Positions 8,424-18,791 of a DNA stretch of 64,000 bases are shown one piece after another. The translations under genes were made by a program, and so were the position numbers. The notes under the pieces were generated by a model. It saw only the letters and a program-made list of their open reading frames with translations. It was not told the DNA's origin and searched no databases. The DNA is from an uncultured Gammaproteobacteria bacterium (GTDB taxonomy: Bacteria; Patescibacteriota; Microgenomatia; 2-02-FULL-39-11): contig CAYUNW010000001.1 of the NCBI GenBank assembly GCA_964446235.1, positions 37,837-101,836 on the forward strand. Direction: 5' to 3'. The number at the start of each line of letters is the position of its first letter. Position 1 is the stretch's first letter.

Positions 8424-10265
8424 TTAATTTCCTAGATTTACAGGCATCAGTTCTGCGTCATTATGCAATTTTAAGTTATGGACGAATTTTTCCATATCAG
8501 CCTGGGCTACACACGTAACCGTATCTGCACCACCGTAATAAACAAGTAATTGACCATCCTTATCAACAGCTCCACACGGATACGCTACACCAAATTTAAA
8601 TCCTTCATTTTCATAATTTTCGATAGGTTCAAGAATCGGATGATTAGTTCTGGCCAAAACTTTCAATGGGTCTTTTAAATCCAAAAGCATCGCTCCCATC
8701 TTATACCTTGCGCTATCATGATTCCCAACCGCATGATATATGAGAAGCCAACCATCTTTGGTTTTTATTGGAGGTGGTCCGGCACCTATTTTTCTGGAAT
8801 CCCACATGTTGGAACGCGGATTTATTTTGTATTTGCCTTGTAAATATTTTGTACTTTCAAAATCCAAATCATCCAAAAAATCCACTAAAATATTGGGGAA
8901 AATCCGATGCATAATTACATATTTACCATTTATTTTTTCGGGGAAAATGACAGCATTTTTATCAACAACTCCAGGTGGTGATATCAGCATGCTTTTTGAC
9001 CAATCCCATTTTTTATCAAAAAAATCTTTAGCATCAATCTTTGTCAATGCCACTCTTGGAGGTTGCCATCCGTTATACGCAACATAAGTCATATAAATTT
9101 TATCATCTATTTTGATTAGTCTTGGGTCTTCACAACCTCCATATCCTCCACCACCAGAAGCAAATCTATCCAAAGTCGCATGAAATTGTCCACTCAGTTC
9201 ATATTCTTCCTTTGGAATATAAATAGGTTCCGGATGTCTCTTGTCTATATGTAAACCGTCTGCACTTTCCGCATATCCTAAAACTGAGACATCATGATCG
9301 CCTATGGCACGATATACGATATGCACCTTTCCTTCTGCAAAAATTGCCGCAGGATTGAAAGTTGCTTTTGATTCCCAAAATCTGTCAGCAATAGGCTTTA
9401 TAATCGGATTCTTACGGAATTTCTTCAATGCCAAAGCAAAATGCTTACGTTTTTTACTGATTTCCTGACGGAAATAAGGATGTGATACAGCCTGTATCCC
9501 ATCATCTCTAATCCAGTAAGAAATCAATTTATCTTTATACGATACTACTCCTATAGGATAAGCGTTGGTTTTTAACCATTCATTATTAAATTCCCAAATA
9601 GGCTCTGTTGTTTTAAAAAGTAATTTATTTGGATCTTCCTTATCAAAAAGTGCAGTTTTTAAAGCATAATGTCTGGTTCCGTTGGCTAAGTGATACTGAT
9701 AATAGGCTACTAGTAAACCTTCATCAGTATGAATCACTCCGGCGAGTTTAATTTTTGAATCCCCAAAAAAATTTTTGTCGCCTTTAATTACTGAAGCCTG
9801 ACTGGTCTGCCAATTAAACAGATCTTTACCAAAAGCTGTATAAATTTGTTCATTTCCGAAATATAATACATACTTATCACGGTACAAATATTGGGGAACC
9901 ACCATCGATAACTCTTTTATGTTTACAATTCTTCTGACTTTTTTAAAATGAGTAAGATCTTTACCATAAGCTACATATAAATATGGCTTTGCATTGACAA
10001 GTTTTTGAAAAGTCAGTACATATTTATCTTTAATTTTTGACAATTTATAGGAATATGTATCATCTATATTGATAGGTCTTCTATGATCATCGGAAATCCT
10101 AACGTTTTTATGGAAAAAGTTGAAATTAATACCGTCACTGCTTCTGTCTATCTTAATCATACTTCTCTCTTCGTCTCTACAAATATAAAAAAGATAAACA
10201 TCACTTCCTTCCGAATATACACCTAATGGTTGGTTGATTTTTTTATTTTCAAATTCTTGAGGCAT
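8424..10265 (-). CDS. GH130-family protein (degenerate N-terminal propeller plus intact C-terminal GH130 domain)
   Basis: C-terminal NPII, FNPAA, YRA, GGCEDPR, KNAVIFP, MHR, KIGAGPPP, YH, YYGGAD; N-terminal half keeps only remnants. Confidence 0.85.
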   Translation of the reverse strand: MPQEFENKKINQPLGVYSEGSDVYLFYICRDEERSMIKIDRSSDGINFNFFHKNVRISDDHRRPINIDDTYSYKLSKIKDKYVLTFQKLVNAKPYLYVAYGKDLTHFKKVRRIVNIKELSMVVPQYLYRDKYVLYFGNEQIYTAFGKDLFNWQTSQASVIKGDKNFFGDSKIKLAGVIHTDEGLLVAYYQYHLANGTRHYALKTALFDKEDPNKLLFKTTEPIWEFNNEWLKTNAYPIGVVSYKDKLISYWIRDDGIQAVSHPYFRQEISKKRKHFALALKKFRKNPIIKPIADRFWESKATFNPAAIFAEGKVHIVYRAIGDHDVSVLGYAESADGLHIDKRHPEPIYIPKEEYELSGQFHATLDRFASGGGGYGGCEDPRLIKIDDKIYMTYVAYNGWQPPRVALTKIDAKDFFDKKWDWSKSMLISPPGVVDKNAVIFPEKINGKYVIMHRIFPNILVDFLDDLDFESTKYLQGKYKINPRSNMWDSRKIGAGPPPIKTKDGWLLIYHAVGNHDSARYKMGAMLLDLKDPLKVLARTNHPILEPIENYENEGFKFGVAYPCGAVDKDGQLLVYYGGADTVTCVAQADMEKFVHNLKLHNDAELMPVNLGN

Positions 10266-10432
10266 AAAAACAATATCTAGACCCGATTTTTTAGGGCTTA
10301 AATAATTAATAACACATTAATCAACTATTTAAAAGATACTATTTTTGTTATTAGGATAAAAAAATAAATAAGTTATTAAAAACCTGAAGTTTTTACTATG
10401 AAGAGTTACATCATTTCTGATAAAATACCTAC

Positions 10433-11446
10433 ATGGAGAAATTGGTTATAGATTACTCAAACAGATCAACTAGAATCAAATCATTACATCACCGTTCAAA
10501 AAAACACAATAATAAACCTTTTTTTATTGTATTTTTGATGGTTTTGAGTTTTGTGGCAGTATTACTTACTAGGATTAAAAATAATACAAATACAATATCA
10601 GCAAACCTAAACTTAACTCCAACAGTCACTTCTCATACCCAAGAAATAAATCCGACAGAAAACTCCAGCCCAAAAACCATTGATATTGCTTCAAGAAAAG
10701 ATCTGATGGAAAATATTCAAAAAATAACTAATAAAGTACAGGGGACATTCTCAATATATATCTATGATCTAAAATCTAATACCGGCTTTGGTATTAATGA
10801 AGAAATGATAGTAAAGGCTGCATCTGTGAATAAAATTCCAATATTGGCTGTGCTATACCATATAGCTCAGGAAAAGCCGACAATCTTGGATAAAATTATT
10901 GTACCGCAAAAAGAAGATATTCAGGATTACGGAACAGGTTCCATCCGATACGATCCTCCAAACACTCCGTATTCGGTAAAAACATTAGCAAGACTAATGA
11001 TGGAAAAATCAGACAATACTGCAGCTTATATCTTAGGTTCATTGGTAGTCGGACTTAATAAAATCCAAACATATACAAACGAATGGAATATGATTCAGAC
11101 AGATATGATAAAAAATACCACGTCTGCAAAAGACATTTCTAATTTATTGATCAAAATATATCGTGGAGAAATTTCAAACAAAGCATTGAATGCTGAAATG
11201 ATCGGTTTTATGGACGATAGCGATTTTGAAGACAGAATTCCATTATATTTACCCGAAGAAATCAATATCTATCATAAGACAGGAGATGATATCGGAAAAA
11301 TACATGATGCTGCAATTATTGATTCTGAAAATCCCTATATACTCACGGTATTTACAACTGATATTTCAGATGAACAGCTGACAAAAAAAACTATCGGTGA
11401 AATATCAAAACTGGTATTTGACTACATGACAAAATCAGGATCGTAA
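10433..11446 (+). CDS. membrane-anchored class A beta-lactamase-like serine hydrolase (PBP-A-like)
   Basis: ASVNK (SxxK), SDN, HKTG motifs; N-terminal TM. Confidence 0.85.
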   Translation: MEKLVIDYSNRSTRIKSLHHRSKKHNNKPFFIVFLMVLSFVAVLLTRIKNNTNTISANLNLTPTVTSHTQEINPTENSSPKTIDIASRKDLMENIQKITNKVQGTFSIYIYDLKSNTGFGINEEMIVKAASVNKIPILAVLYHIAQEKPTILDKIIVPQKEDIQDYGTGSIRYDPPNTPYSVKTLARLMMEKSDNTAAYILGSLVVGLNKIQTYTNEWNMIQTDMIKNTTSAKDISNLLIKIYRGEISNKALNAEMIGFMDDSDFEDRIPLYLPEEINIYHKTGDDIGKIHDAAIIDSENPYILTVFTTDISDEQLTKKTIGEISKLVFDYMTKSGS

Positions 11447-13906
11447 TACACTGGCAAGCATAACTTTTGGCGGTTTAACTGCTTTTTCTTCTTCGTATTG
11501 ATTAGTGTTTCTGATGTTTTTCCTGGTTAATGCAATATCCAACACTTCATCTAACTGTTCTACAAAAACAAATTTCAAATCCTTCAAGACATATCCTGGA
11601 ATATCTTCAAGGTCTTTTTTGTTGTTTTTTGGCATAATTACGGTTTTAATACCCGCTCTATGTGCAGCTATAACCTTTTCTTTTACTCCACCGATTTCCA
11701 ATACCCTTCCCCTTAAAGTCACTTCACCAGTCATAGCAACATCTTTCTTAACCGGTATTTTAGTTAAAGCAGATATTAAAGCTGTCGTAATCGCAATACC
11801 TGCTGATGGACCATCTTTGGGTACTGCTCCTTCAGGTACATGCACATGAATATCTAAAGTCTGATAAAATTTATCAGGAATACCCAGATCAGAATATTTT
11901 GACCTGATATAAGATAATGATGCTTTGCATGATTCCTGCATCACTTCTCCTAAATGACCGGTAAGTAGTAAATTACCTTTGCCTTTCATTAATGCCACTT
12001 CGATAAAAAGAATATCCCCGCCAGCTTCAGTCCAGGCAAGACCTGTCGACATACCGATTTCATCTTTTTTCTCTGCCAAATATGCCGTAAATTTCGCTGG
12101 ACCAAGATATTTATGCAATGTAGTTTTGGTTACTGTATGCTTTCGATTCTGATTACTAATGATATCTTTTGCAACCTTACGACATACCGTGGCAATTTCC
12201 CTTTCCAGATTTCTGACGCCTGCTTCTCTGGTATATTTTTGAATTATTTCATGAATGGATTTATCTGTAATTTGAATCTGTCTACTAGATAAACCATGCG
12301 CTTCAACTTGTTTACCAACCAAATAATTTCGAGCAATATGATATTTTTCATCCTGAGTATATCCTGGAAAATGTATAATCTCCAATCTATCTTTCAACGC
12401 CGGAGGGATGGTATCTAACACATTACATGTAGTAATAAACATAACATCCGACAAATCAAACGAAGCTTCTAAATAGTGATCGGAAAATGCGAAGTTCTGT
12501 TCAGGATCCAACGCTTCCAGAAGTGCAGCTGAAGGATCTCCGCGAAAATCCGTACCTACTTTATCTATCTCATCGAGCATGAACACTGGATTTTTGGTAC
12601 CAGCCTGCTTAATACCTTGAATTATTCTACCTGGCATAGCACCAACATAAGTTCTTCGATGACCTCTAACTTCCGCTTCATCACGAATCCCTCCTAAAGA
12701 AACCTTGACAAATTTTCTACCTAAGGCTCTGGCAATTGACCTACCAATAGAAGTCTTTCCTACTCCAGGAGGACCTACGAAACATAGTATCGTAGGGATT
12801 ACTGCTTTTTTTGCTTTTTCTTTAGCTTCATCGGACTTTTTTTCCTCACCGGACAGTTTTTGTTTGTTCTTTTTTAAATGTAATACTGCTAAATATTCCA
12901 GAATTCTTTCTTTCACTTTTTTTAAGGCATAATGATCCTTGTCCAATATACCTGAGGCTTTTTTCATATCTACATCATTACTGGATTCTAAAGACCATGG
13001 TAAATCTATCAACCAATCAAGATATGTCCTGATATAAGATGCTTCCGGATTATAACTTGACATCTGGGATAGTCTCTTTAATTCTTTTTTTGCTTTTTCT
13101 TCAACATCCTTAGGCATTTTCGCTTTACGGATCTTTTCCAATAATACTTTTGTTTCTTTTGATTCGCCTTCTTCTCCCAATTCCTTCTCTATAGTTTTAA
13201 GTCTTTCACGAAGAACAGCTTCTTTCATCGACTTATCCAATCTCTCTTGAGTTTGACTAGCGATTTTTCTTTCAATCTCCAGAATTCTTACTTCATGGGA
13301 TAAAAAGCTGGAAATTCTAGAAAGTCTATCTTTAACCTGTCTTGTTTCTAGTAAAAGTTGTTTTTCTGCCGGTTTGATATCAAGAACTGACGCCACCTGA
13401 TCGGCAAATTCCATAGGGGATATGCCAGACATGATGTTCATAAATGATAAAAAGTCTACTGATTTACCGTGATTAACAGCTTTTTTTAGCTCGGCTGATA
13501 TATGATTTACCAATGCAGAAATTTCATCTGATTTTGTTTCACCTTCATCCGGTCTTTCAATTACTTTAGCAATAAAATATGGATCTGTTTTTTCCATATT
13601 CAATATTTCTACTCTGACAAGTCCTTTAACAAGAGCATTAATTTCTCCATTAGTTTTCAATAATCTTTCTATTCTGCCTAATGCTCCTATAGAATAAAGA
13701 TCTGAAGGCTGTGGTTCATGAATATTAGGATTTTTCTGCATAACCAAAACTACCAATCTATCTGATGCATGAGAAGATTCGATTGCGGATAAAGATTTAG
13801 GTCTTCCAAATGTCAATACCATTTCCGTATGGGGAAAAATAATACCATCACGGATAGGAATAACCGGATAGCTTTTTACTTCATTTGTTAGGTTCTCTTC
13901 AGTCAT
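11435..13906 (-). CDS. lon: ATP-dependent Lon protease
   Basis: LON N-domain, GPPGVGKTS, RGHRRTYVGAMPG, LDEIDK, PKDGPSAG, IGGVKEK. Confidence 0.98.
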   Translation of the reverse strand: MTEENLTNEVKSYPVIPIRDGIIFPHTEMVLTFGRPKSLSAIESSHASDRLVVLVMQKNPNIHEPQPSDLYSIGALGRIERLLKTNGEINALVKGLVRVEILNMEKTDPYFIAKVIERPDEGETKSDEISALVNHISAELKKAVNHGKSVDFLSFMNIMSGISPMEFADQVASVLDIKPAEKQLLLETRQVKDRLSRISSFLSHEVRILEIERKIASQTQERLDKSMKEAVLRERLKTIEKELGEEGESKETKVLLEKIRKAKMPKDVEEKAKKELKRLSQMSSYNPEASYIRTYLDWLIDLPWSLESSNDVDMKKASGILDKDHYALKKVKERILEYLAVLHLKKNKQKLSGEEKKSDEAKEKAKKAVIPTILCFVGPPGVGKTSIGRSIARALGRKFVKVSLGGIRDEAEVRGHRRTYVGAMPGRIIQGIKQAGTKNPVFMLDEIDKVGTDFRGDPSAALLEALDPEQNFAFSDHYLEASFDLSDVMFITTCNVLDTIPPALKDRLEIIHFPGYTQDEKYHIARNYLVGKQVEAHGLSSRQIQITDKSIHEIIQKYTREAGVRNLEREIATVCRKVAKDIISNQNRKHTVTKTTLHKYLGPAKFTAYLAEKKDEIGMSTGLAWTEAGGDILFIEVALMKGKGNLLLTGHLGEVMQESCKASLSYIRSKYSDLGIPDKFYQTLDIHVHVPEGAVPKDGPSAGIAITTALISALTKIPVKKDVAMTGEVTLRGRVLEIGGVKEKVIAAHRAGIKTVIMPKNNKKDLEDIPGYVLKDLKFVFVEQLDEVLDIALTRKNIRNTNQYEEEKAVKPPKVMLASVLRS

Positions 13907-13909
13907 TTT

Positions 13910-13936
13910 TTAGCAGTTTATTATAATGAGTGCTAA
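13910..13936. promoter_or_regulatory. CIRCE-like (HrcA) operator overlapping the lon promoter
   Basis: TTAGCAGTT-N9-GAGTGCTAA versus consensus TTAGCACTC-N9-GAGTGCTAA; minus-strand TTGACA (13943-13938)-17-TAAACT overlaps it. Confidence 0.85.
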
Positions 13937-13952
13937 ATGTCAAGTTGTATTA

Positions 13953-14810
13953 TCAAATAAAATCAGAGGTAAATTTTGTAATATCCACATCCAATTTTTT
14001 ATTTACCAATGTTTCATTTTTCAACTGGCTGATGCTATCTGTATAAACAGGTCTTTCTTCCTTATATAAAACACCGATTGGTATTTTATCCAAAACTTCA
14101 AAAGATTTCTGAATCGCCAATGATTTATCTTGATTATTATATTTATCATCAAGTTTATACACTCTCTCCCTATACCAAGGGTATGTAGTTTGTTTATTGA
14201 AGGTGATACAGGGTTGAAATACGTTTACTAATGAAAATCCTTTGTGTTTTATAGCGTCTTCAATTAATGTGGTTAAATGACTAATATCACCTGAAAAACC
14301 TTGCGCAACATACGATGCTCCTTGAGTTATCGCAAGAGCAGTCGGGTTAAGTTCTACTTCAATTATTCCAGTAGGTGTAGATTTGGATTTATACCCTTTA
14401 TTCGCGGTTGGTGCTACCTGTCCAGTAGTTAAACCATATACCCTATTATCATGTACGATTACCGTAATATCGTGATTACCCCGACAGGCATGGATAAAAT
14501 GATTGCCTCCTTCACCATAGCAATCTCCATCCCCAGCAATAACCACAACCGGTAAATTGTGATTGGCTATTTTTATACCTACAGCATTGGGTATTGCTCT
14601 TCCATGTAGTCCATGAATACTGTTTACCCAAATAAAATCATTCATATTGCCAGAACAACCTATTCCGAAAACTACCGCCAAGTCTTCAGCGTTCAATTTC
14701 AGGTTTTTAAATGCATTTTTTATTGATGCCCAAATTCCAAAGTTCCCACAGCCCGGACACCATGTCGGAAAATATCCTGCAATCTGACTATCTTTTAAAT
14801 TCTCACTCAT
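13953..14810 (-). CDS. 2-oxoacid:ferredoxin oxidoreductase beta subunit
   Basis: WCPGCGN, GIGCSG, HGRAIP, GDGD TPP motif, DNRVYGLTTGQ, QPCITFN. Confidence 0.95.
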   Translation of the reverse strand: MSENLKDSQIAGYFPTWCPGCGNFGIWASIKNAFKNLKLNAEDLAVVFGIGCSGNMNDFIWVNSIHGLHGRAIPNAVGIKIANHNLPVVVIAGDGDCYGEGGNHFIHACRGNHDITVIVHDNRVYGLTTGQVAPTANKGYKSKSTPTGIIEVELNPTALAITQGASYVAQGFSGDISHLTTLIEDAIKHKGFSLVNVFQPCITFNKQTTYPWYRERVYKLDDKYNNQDKSLAIQKSFEVLDKIPIGVLYKEERPVYTDSISQLKNETLVNKKLDVDITKFTSDFI

Positions 14811-16543
14811 AATAAGGTTTTAACTTTATTAATGATTTCTTCAGGATATATAGGTCTACCGTCATATTTCAGTAGATAATTTTCAAATTGAATACCTGTT
14901 TCCATGGTTAAAAGTTTTGAAAACTGGGCTGTAGAATTGTTCTCCAGAATTAATATTTTTTTCAGGCTTTGAAGGATTTTTTTTATTTTCTTTCCGTCTA
15001 ATGGCCAAACATGCGTAAAGTGGAGAAAATTAAAAAGGTTTTCGTTTCCTTTTAGAGCTTGAAGTAATGGACCTTTCATAGAACCCCAAGAAATTACCGT
15101 CAAGTTAGCTTGATTGTTACCATAAAACACAGGATCCTTAGCATTTTCTTGAAGATACGTAGTAAATTTTGCATTTCTTTTATCTACTTGTTTTTTCCTT
15201 TCGCTTGCCTCTTCAGTCGTATGTCCATCTTCCAAATGTTCATAAGAATTTGCTTGATGCAAGCTACCTTTCATACCTGGTATAACCCTTGGAGATATCC
15301 CGTCAGCGGTTTTTTGATATCTAAGGTATTTGGTTATAGTATCTAATTCTTTTTGGGAAAGTAGTTTTCCTCTGTTGATTTCATACTTATGATCGCTGAC
15401 AGCAGACAAATCTATTGTCTGATGTCCTTCAAGTAAATATTTATCGGCCAAAATAATTACCGGTGTTTGATATTTGTCAGCAAGTTGAAACGCTTGGATA
15501 GTCAATTTATATGCTTCGTCAATATCCCCAGGGGCAAGAAGTATTTTAGGGAATTCTCCATGTCCTGAAAACAAAGCAAACAATAAATCGCCTTGTTCGG
15601 TCCATGTAGGCATACCTGTAGCCGGCCCTGGTCTTTGACCTAACAATATAACTACCGGTATTTCTGTGATACCTGCAAGTGCTATTGTTTCCACCATCAA
15701 AGCAAAACCTCCACCTGAAGTACCTACCATAGACCTGACTCCAGCCCAAGAAGCACCAAGAGCCATATTTATAACCGATATTTCATCTTCAGCATGTTTG
15801 ACGACCATATCTGCTTTTTCAGCGTTTGCCGCCAAGTAATGAAGTAAAGCACTAGAAGGAGTCATTGGATAAGCGACATAAAATTTACATCCAGCTGCGA
15901 TGGCTCCTAATCCTATAATTTCATTTCCGGTAGCATAAATTTTTGCTTTAGCATTCTCTTTTTTACCGATTTTCAGGTTATAACCTGAAGGATAAGATTG
16001 TTTTACACTGTCGTATCCAAAACCTGCAGCTTTTATATTTTTATCGACAATTTCCTGACTTTTTTTACCGAAACTTTCACTAATAATTTGATTTAACAAA
16101 TTAAGATCAGCTCCAATAATATGCATCAACGCGCCTAAAGCAATGTTGTTCATCATGACGATAGGAAAACCGTTTTCAGTCAAAATTTTTGATAAAGGCA
16201 AGTCTATATAAGTAATATTTTTATTAGGCTCTAAAACTTCCTTCAGATTGGTTTTTTGTTTGTCATATAAAACTACCGCATGATCCTTAAGCTCATCTTT
16301 ATGTTTTTCATATGTTTCTTCATTTAAACAAACCAATATATCGACTTTTTGTTCCTGACTATATACCGGCTCATTGGAAATTCTGACTTCAACGACATTA
16401 TGACCTCCACGTATTAAAGAAGGATACTCCGAATATTCATATGCATAATATCCGCTTCTGATGGCAATTTTTCCAAGAACCAAACCGGTTGTCATTATAC
16501 CGAAACCGGCCTCACCACCAATTTTTACGGTAAAATCTATCAT
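14807..16543 (-). CDS. 2-oxoacid:ferredoxin oxidoreductase alpha(gamma-alpha) subunit
   Basis: GGEAGFG, YPSLIRGGHN, YPMTPSS, EDEI, TSGGGFALM, QRPGPATGMPT. Confidence 0.95.
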   Translation of the reverse strand: MIDFTVKIGGEAGFGIMTTGLVLGKIAIRSGYYAYEYSEYPSLIRGGHNVVEVRISNEPVYSQEQKVDILVCLNEETYEKHKDELKDHAVVLYDKQKTNLKEVLEPNKNITYIDLPLSKILTENGFPIVMMNNIALGALMHIIGADLNLLNQIISESFGKKSQEIVDKNIKAAGFGYDSVKQSYPSGYNLKIGKKENAKAKIYATGNEIIGLGAIAAGCKFYVAYPMTPSSALLHYLAANAEKADMVVKHAEDEISVINMALGASWAGVRSMVGTSGGGFALMVETIALAGITEIPVVILLGQRPGPATGMPTWTEQGDLLFALFSGHGEFPKILLAPGDIDEAYKLTIQAFQLADKYQTPVIILADKYLLEGHQTIDLSAVSDHKYEINRGKLLSQKELDTITKYLRYQKTADGISPRVIPGMKGSLHQANSYEHLEDGHTTEEASERKKQVDKRNAKFTTYLQENAKDPVFYGNNQANLTVISWGSMKGPLLQALKGNENLFNFLHFTHVWPLDGKKIKKILQSLKKILILENNSTAQFSKLLTMETGIQFENYLLKYDGRPIYPEEIINKVKTLL

Positions 16544-16560
16544 TTTTGTTTAAATTTTAA

Positions 16561-16821
16561 TTAAGGATAAACCTGATTTCCTGATTCATCTTTTATAATA
16601 ATTGCTGCAACAGGACAGGATTTGGCTGAGTCAATTATGGTTTGTTCAGATTCTTCTTCTGCTGAATCAAGAAAAATAGCTTTTGCTTCATTATCCAATG
16701 CCCAAGTCTTAGGTGCTACTGCAATACATGAAGCTGCACCTATACATAAATCCCTGTCTACGTGGACAATAAGTTTACCGATTTTTCTGGGACCACTGGG
16801 ATTACTGTTTTTGTCATCCAT
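16561..16821 (-). CDS. monocluster ferredoxin (probably [3Fe-4S])
   Basis: CIGAASC...CPVAAI (second Cys replaced by Ala); start moved to ATG 16821 after GAGGAG. Confidence 0.88.
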   Translation of the reverse strand: MDDKNSNPSGPRKIGKLIVHVDRDLCIGAASCIAVAPKTWALDNEAKAIFLDSAEEESEQTIIDSAKSCPVAAIIIKDESGNQVYP

Positions 16822-16874
16822 AATATATGCTCCTCTCAAAACTTTATATATTACTTTTATAACTCAATTTCGGT

Positions 16875-17243
16875 TTATTTGACAAGAGCCAAAGTCTTTT
16901 GAATCGCTTCAAGAGGTAGTAAAGCGCATTTCAATCTGACTGGGGTAAGTTGAATTCCTAAAATTGCCAAAATATCTTTTGAATTCATTTTTTTTACTTT
17001 TTGTAGTTTTTCACCTTTAATTTTTTGCGTTAGAAGTGATGCTGTAGCTGTCGATATTACACATCCTATACCGGTAAAGCTTATATCAGATATGATATCT
17101 TTCTTCAATTTAATTTCAACTTCAATACTGTCACCACATAAATCATTTTCACTGCTTCCTTTCAAGTCAAAACTTGGTAAATGTCCATAGTTTTGTGGGT
17201 TTTTGTAATGAGTAAGTATTTCTGTACGGTAAAAATCATCCAT
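16875..17243 (-). CDS. sufU: SufU/IscU-type Fe-S scaffold or sulfur-transfer protein
   Basis: HYKNPQNYG, CGD, GCVIS, RLKCALL. Confidence 0.9.
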   Translation of the reverse strand: MDDFYRTEILTHYKNPQNYGHLPSFDLKGSSENDLCGDSIEVEIKLKKDIISDISFTGIGCVISTATASLLTQKIKGEKLQKVKKMNSKDILAILGIQLTPVRLKCALLPLEAIQKTLALVK

Positions 17244-17247
17244 AGAA

Positions 17248-18471
17248 TCAATTGAAAATCTTTATGGCTTTTTTGATACCTAGTGCTAATTTCTCAATAT
17301 CTGCTGGAGTATTATAAATATATAAGCTTACTCTAGCACTTGCAGGTATATTGAGTTTTTTATGTAGAGGCATAGCGCAATGATGACCCGATCTGATACA
17401 AATATTGTCCATATCTAAAATCTGTGCCAAATCATGCGGATGAATCCCTGCGATATTGAAAGATATGACTGCGGAACGATTAGTCGTATCTTTGGGTCCA
17501 TATATAGATATTCCTTTAAATTCGTTCAGGACTTTTAAGGTAAGTTCCGTCAATATTTTGTCATGTTTTGTAATCTGATCAAATCCAATCTTTTTTATAA
17601 AAAATATTGCCTCACGTAGGCCTAATACTCCACAAATATCTGGTGTTCCGGCTTCAAATTTGGCTGGGGGCTTTTTAAACCGCGATTTATCCAATTCCAC
17701 TTTTTCTATCATGTCACCGCCATACTGATAACATGACATACTGTCCAAAATATCATATTTCCCCCATAAAACCCCGACACCCGTAGGACCGAACATCTTA
17801 TGGGCGCTAAATGACAAAAAATCGCAACCTAAATCCACAACATCGGTATGAAAATGTCCTACAGATTGGGCTGCATCAATCAATACTTTAACTTTTGGAT
17901 TAATTTTTTTTATTTTTTTAATAATCTTTTTAAGCGGATTTATCGTACCTAATACATTTGATACATGATTTAACGCAACCAATGCAGTTTTTCTGTTTAT
18001 TGCGTCGTATAATGAATCCAAATCCAATAGTCCTTCTTTAATATCAATATATTTGATTTTTACCTGCTTTTTTTTAGCAATCATTTGCCAAGGAACCAGA
18101 TTTGCATGATGCTCCATAACACTAGTAAGAATTTCAGAATCATTATCGAGATAATTTTCAGCATAAGAAGTTGCTATCAAATTTATGGCTTCCGTGGTAT
18201 TTCGGACAAAAACAATTTCGTTTTTTGATTTGGCATTTATAAATTCAGCCACAATATCTCTGGATTTTTCAAATTCAAACGAAGCTTCTTGTGATAATTT
18301 ATAAATCCCTCTGAAAATATTTACCGGATATTTATCAAAATAATCACTTACAGTATTTCTCACCTGATATGGTTTAAGTGAAGAGGCTGCAGAATCCAAA
18401 TATACAATGTGTTTACCAGATATTTTTCTCGACAGTACAGGGAAAAAACTTCTAATTTTTCTCAGATCCAT
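17248..18471 (-). CDS. sufS: cysteine desulfurase
   Basis: YLDSAAS, EHHAN, DAAQS, FSAHKMFGPTG, FEAGT, RSGHHCA. Confidence 0.95.
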   Translation of the reverse strand: MDLRKIRSFFPVLSRKISGKHIVYLDSAASSLKPYQVRNTVSDYFDKYPVNIFRGIYKLSQEASFEFEKSRDIVAEFINAKSKNEIVFVRNTTEAINLIATSYAENYLDNDSEILTSVMEHHANLVPWQMIAKKKQVKIKYIDIKEGLLDLDSLYDAINRKTALVALNHVSNVLGTINPLKKIIKKIKKINPKVKVLIDAAQSVGHFHTDVVDLGCDFLSFSAHKMFGPTGVGVLWGKYDILDSMSCYQYGGDMIEKVELDKSRFKKPPAKFEAGTPDICGVLGLREAIFFIKKIGFDQITKHDKILTELTLKVLNEFKGISIYGPKDTTNRSAVISFNIAGIHPHDLAQILDMDNICIRSGHHCAMPLHKKLNIPASARVSLYIYNTPADIEKLALGIKKAIKIFN

Positions 18472-18477
18472 AATATT

Positions 18478-18783
18478 TTAAATCATAATATATAATTTAC
18501 CGTCCGAAACTTCGGTTTGATATATTTTTAAAGGAATTTCCGCAGGTGGAGATTCTACCTTTCCGGTATTGATATTAAACTGCGCCCCATGACAATAACA
18601 GGTAATCACATCATCATAAATATCACCACCTGCCAATGAACAATGCTCATGAGTACAATAAGCATCGAACACGTGATATTTATCAGCCGATAAAACTACG
18701 GCAATTTGCTTATCTTCAATTTTAAAAGATCTGATTTTACCCTCCTGTAAAACTTTTAATTCTGTTATAAATATTTTTTTCAT
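18478..18783 (-). CDS. Rieske-type ferredoxin
   Basis: CTHE...CYCHGAQF Rieske ligands. Confidence 0.9.
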   Translation of the reverse strand: MKKIFITELKVLQEGKIRSFKIEDKQIAVVLSADKYHVFDAYCTHEHCSLAGGDIYDDVITCYCHGAQFNINTGKVESPPAEIPLKIYQTEVSDGKLYIMI

Positions 18784-18791
18784 GTTTTTTG

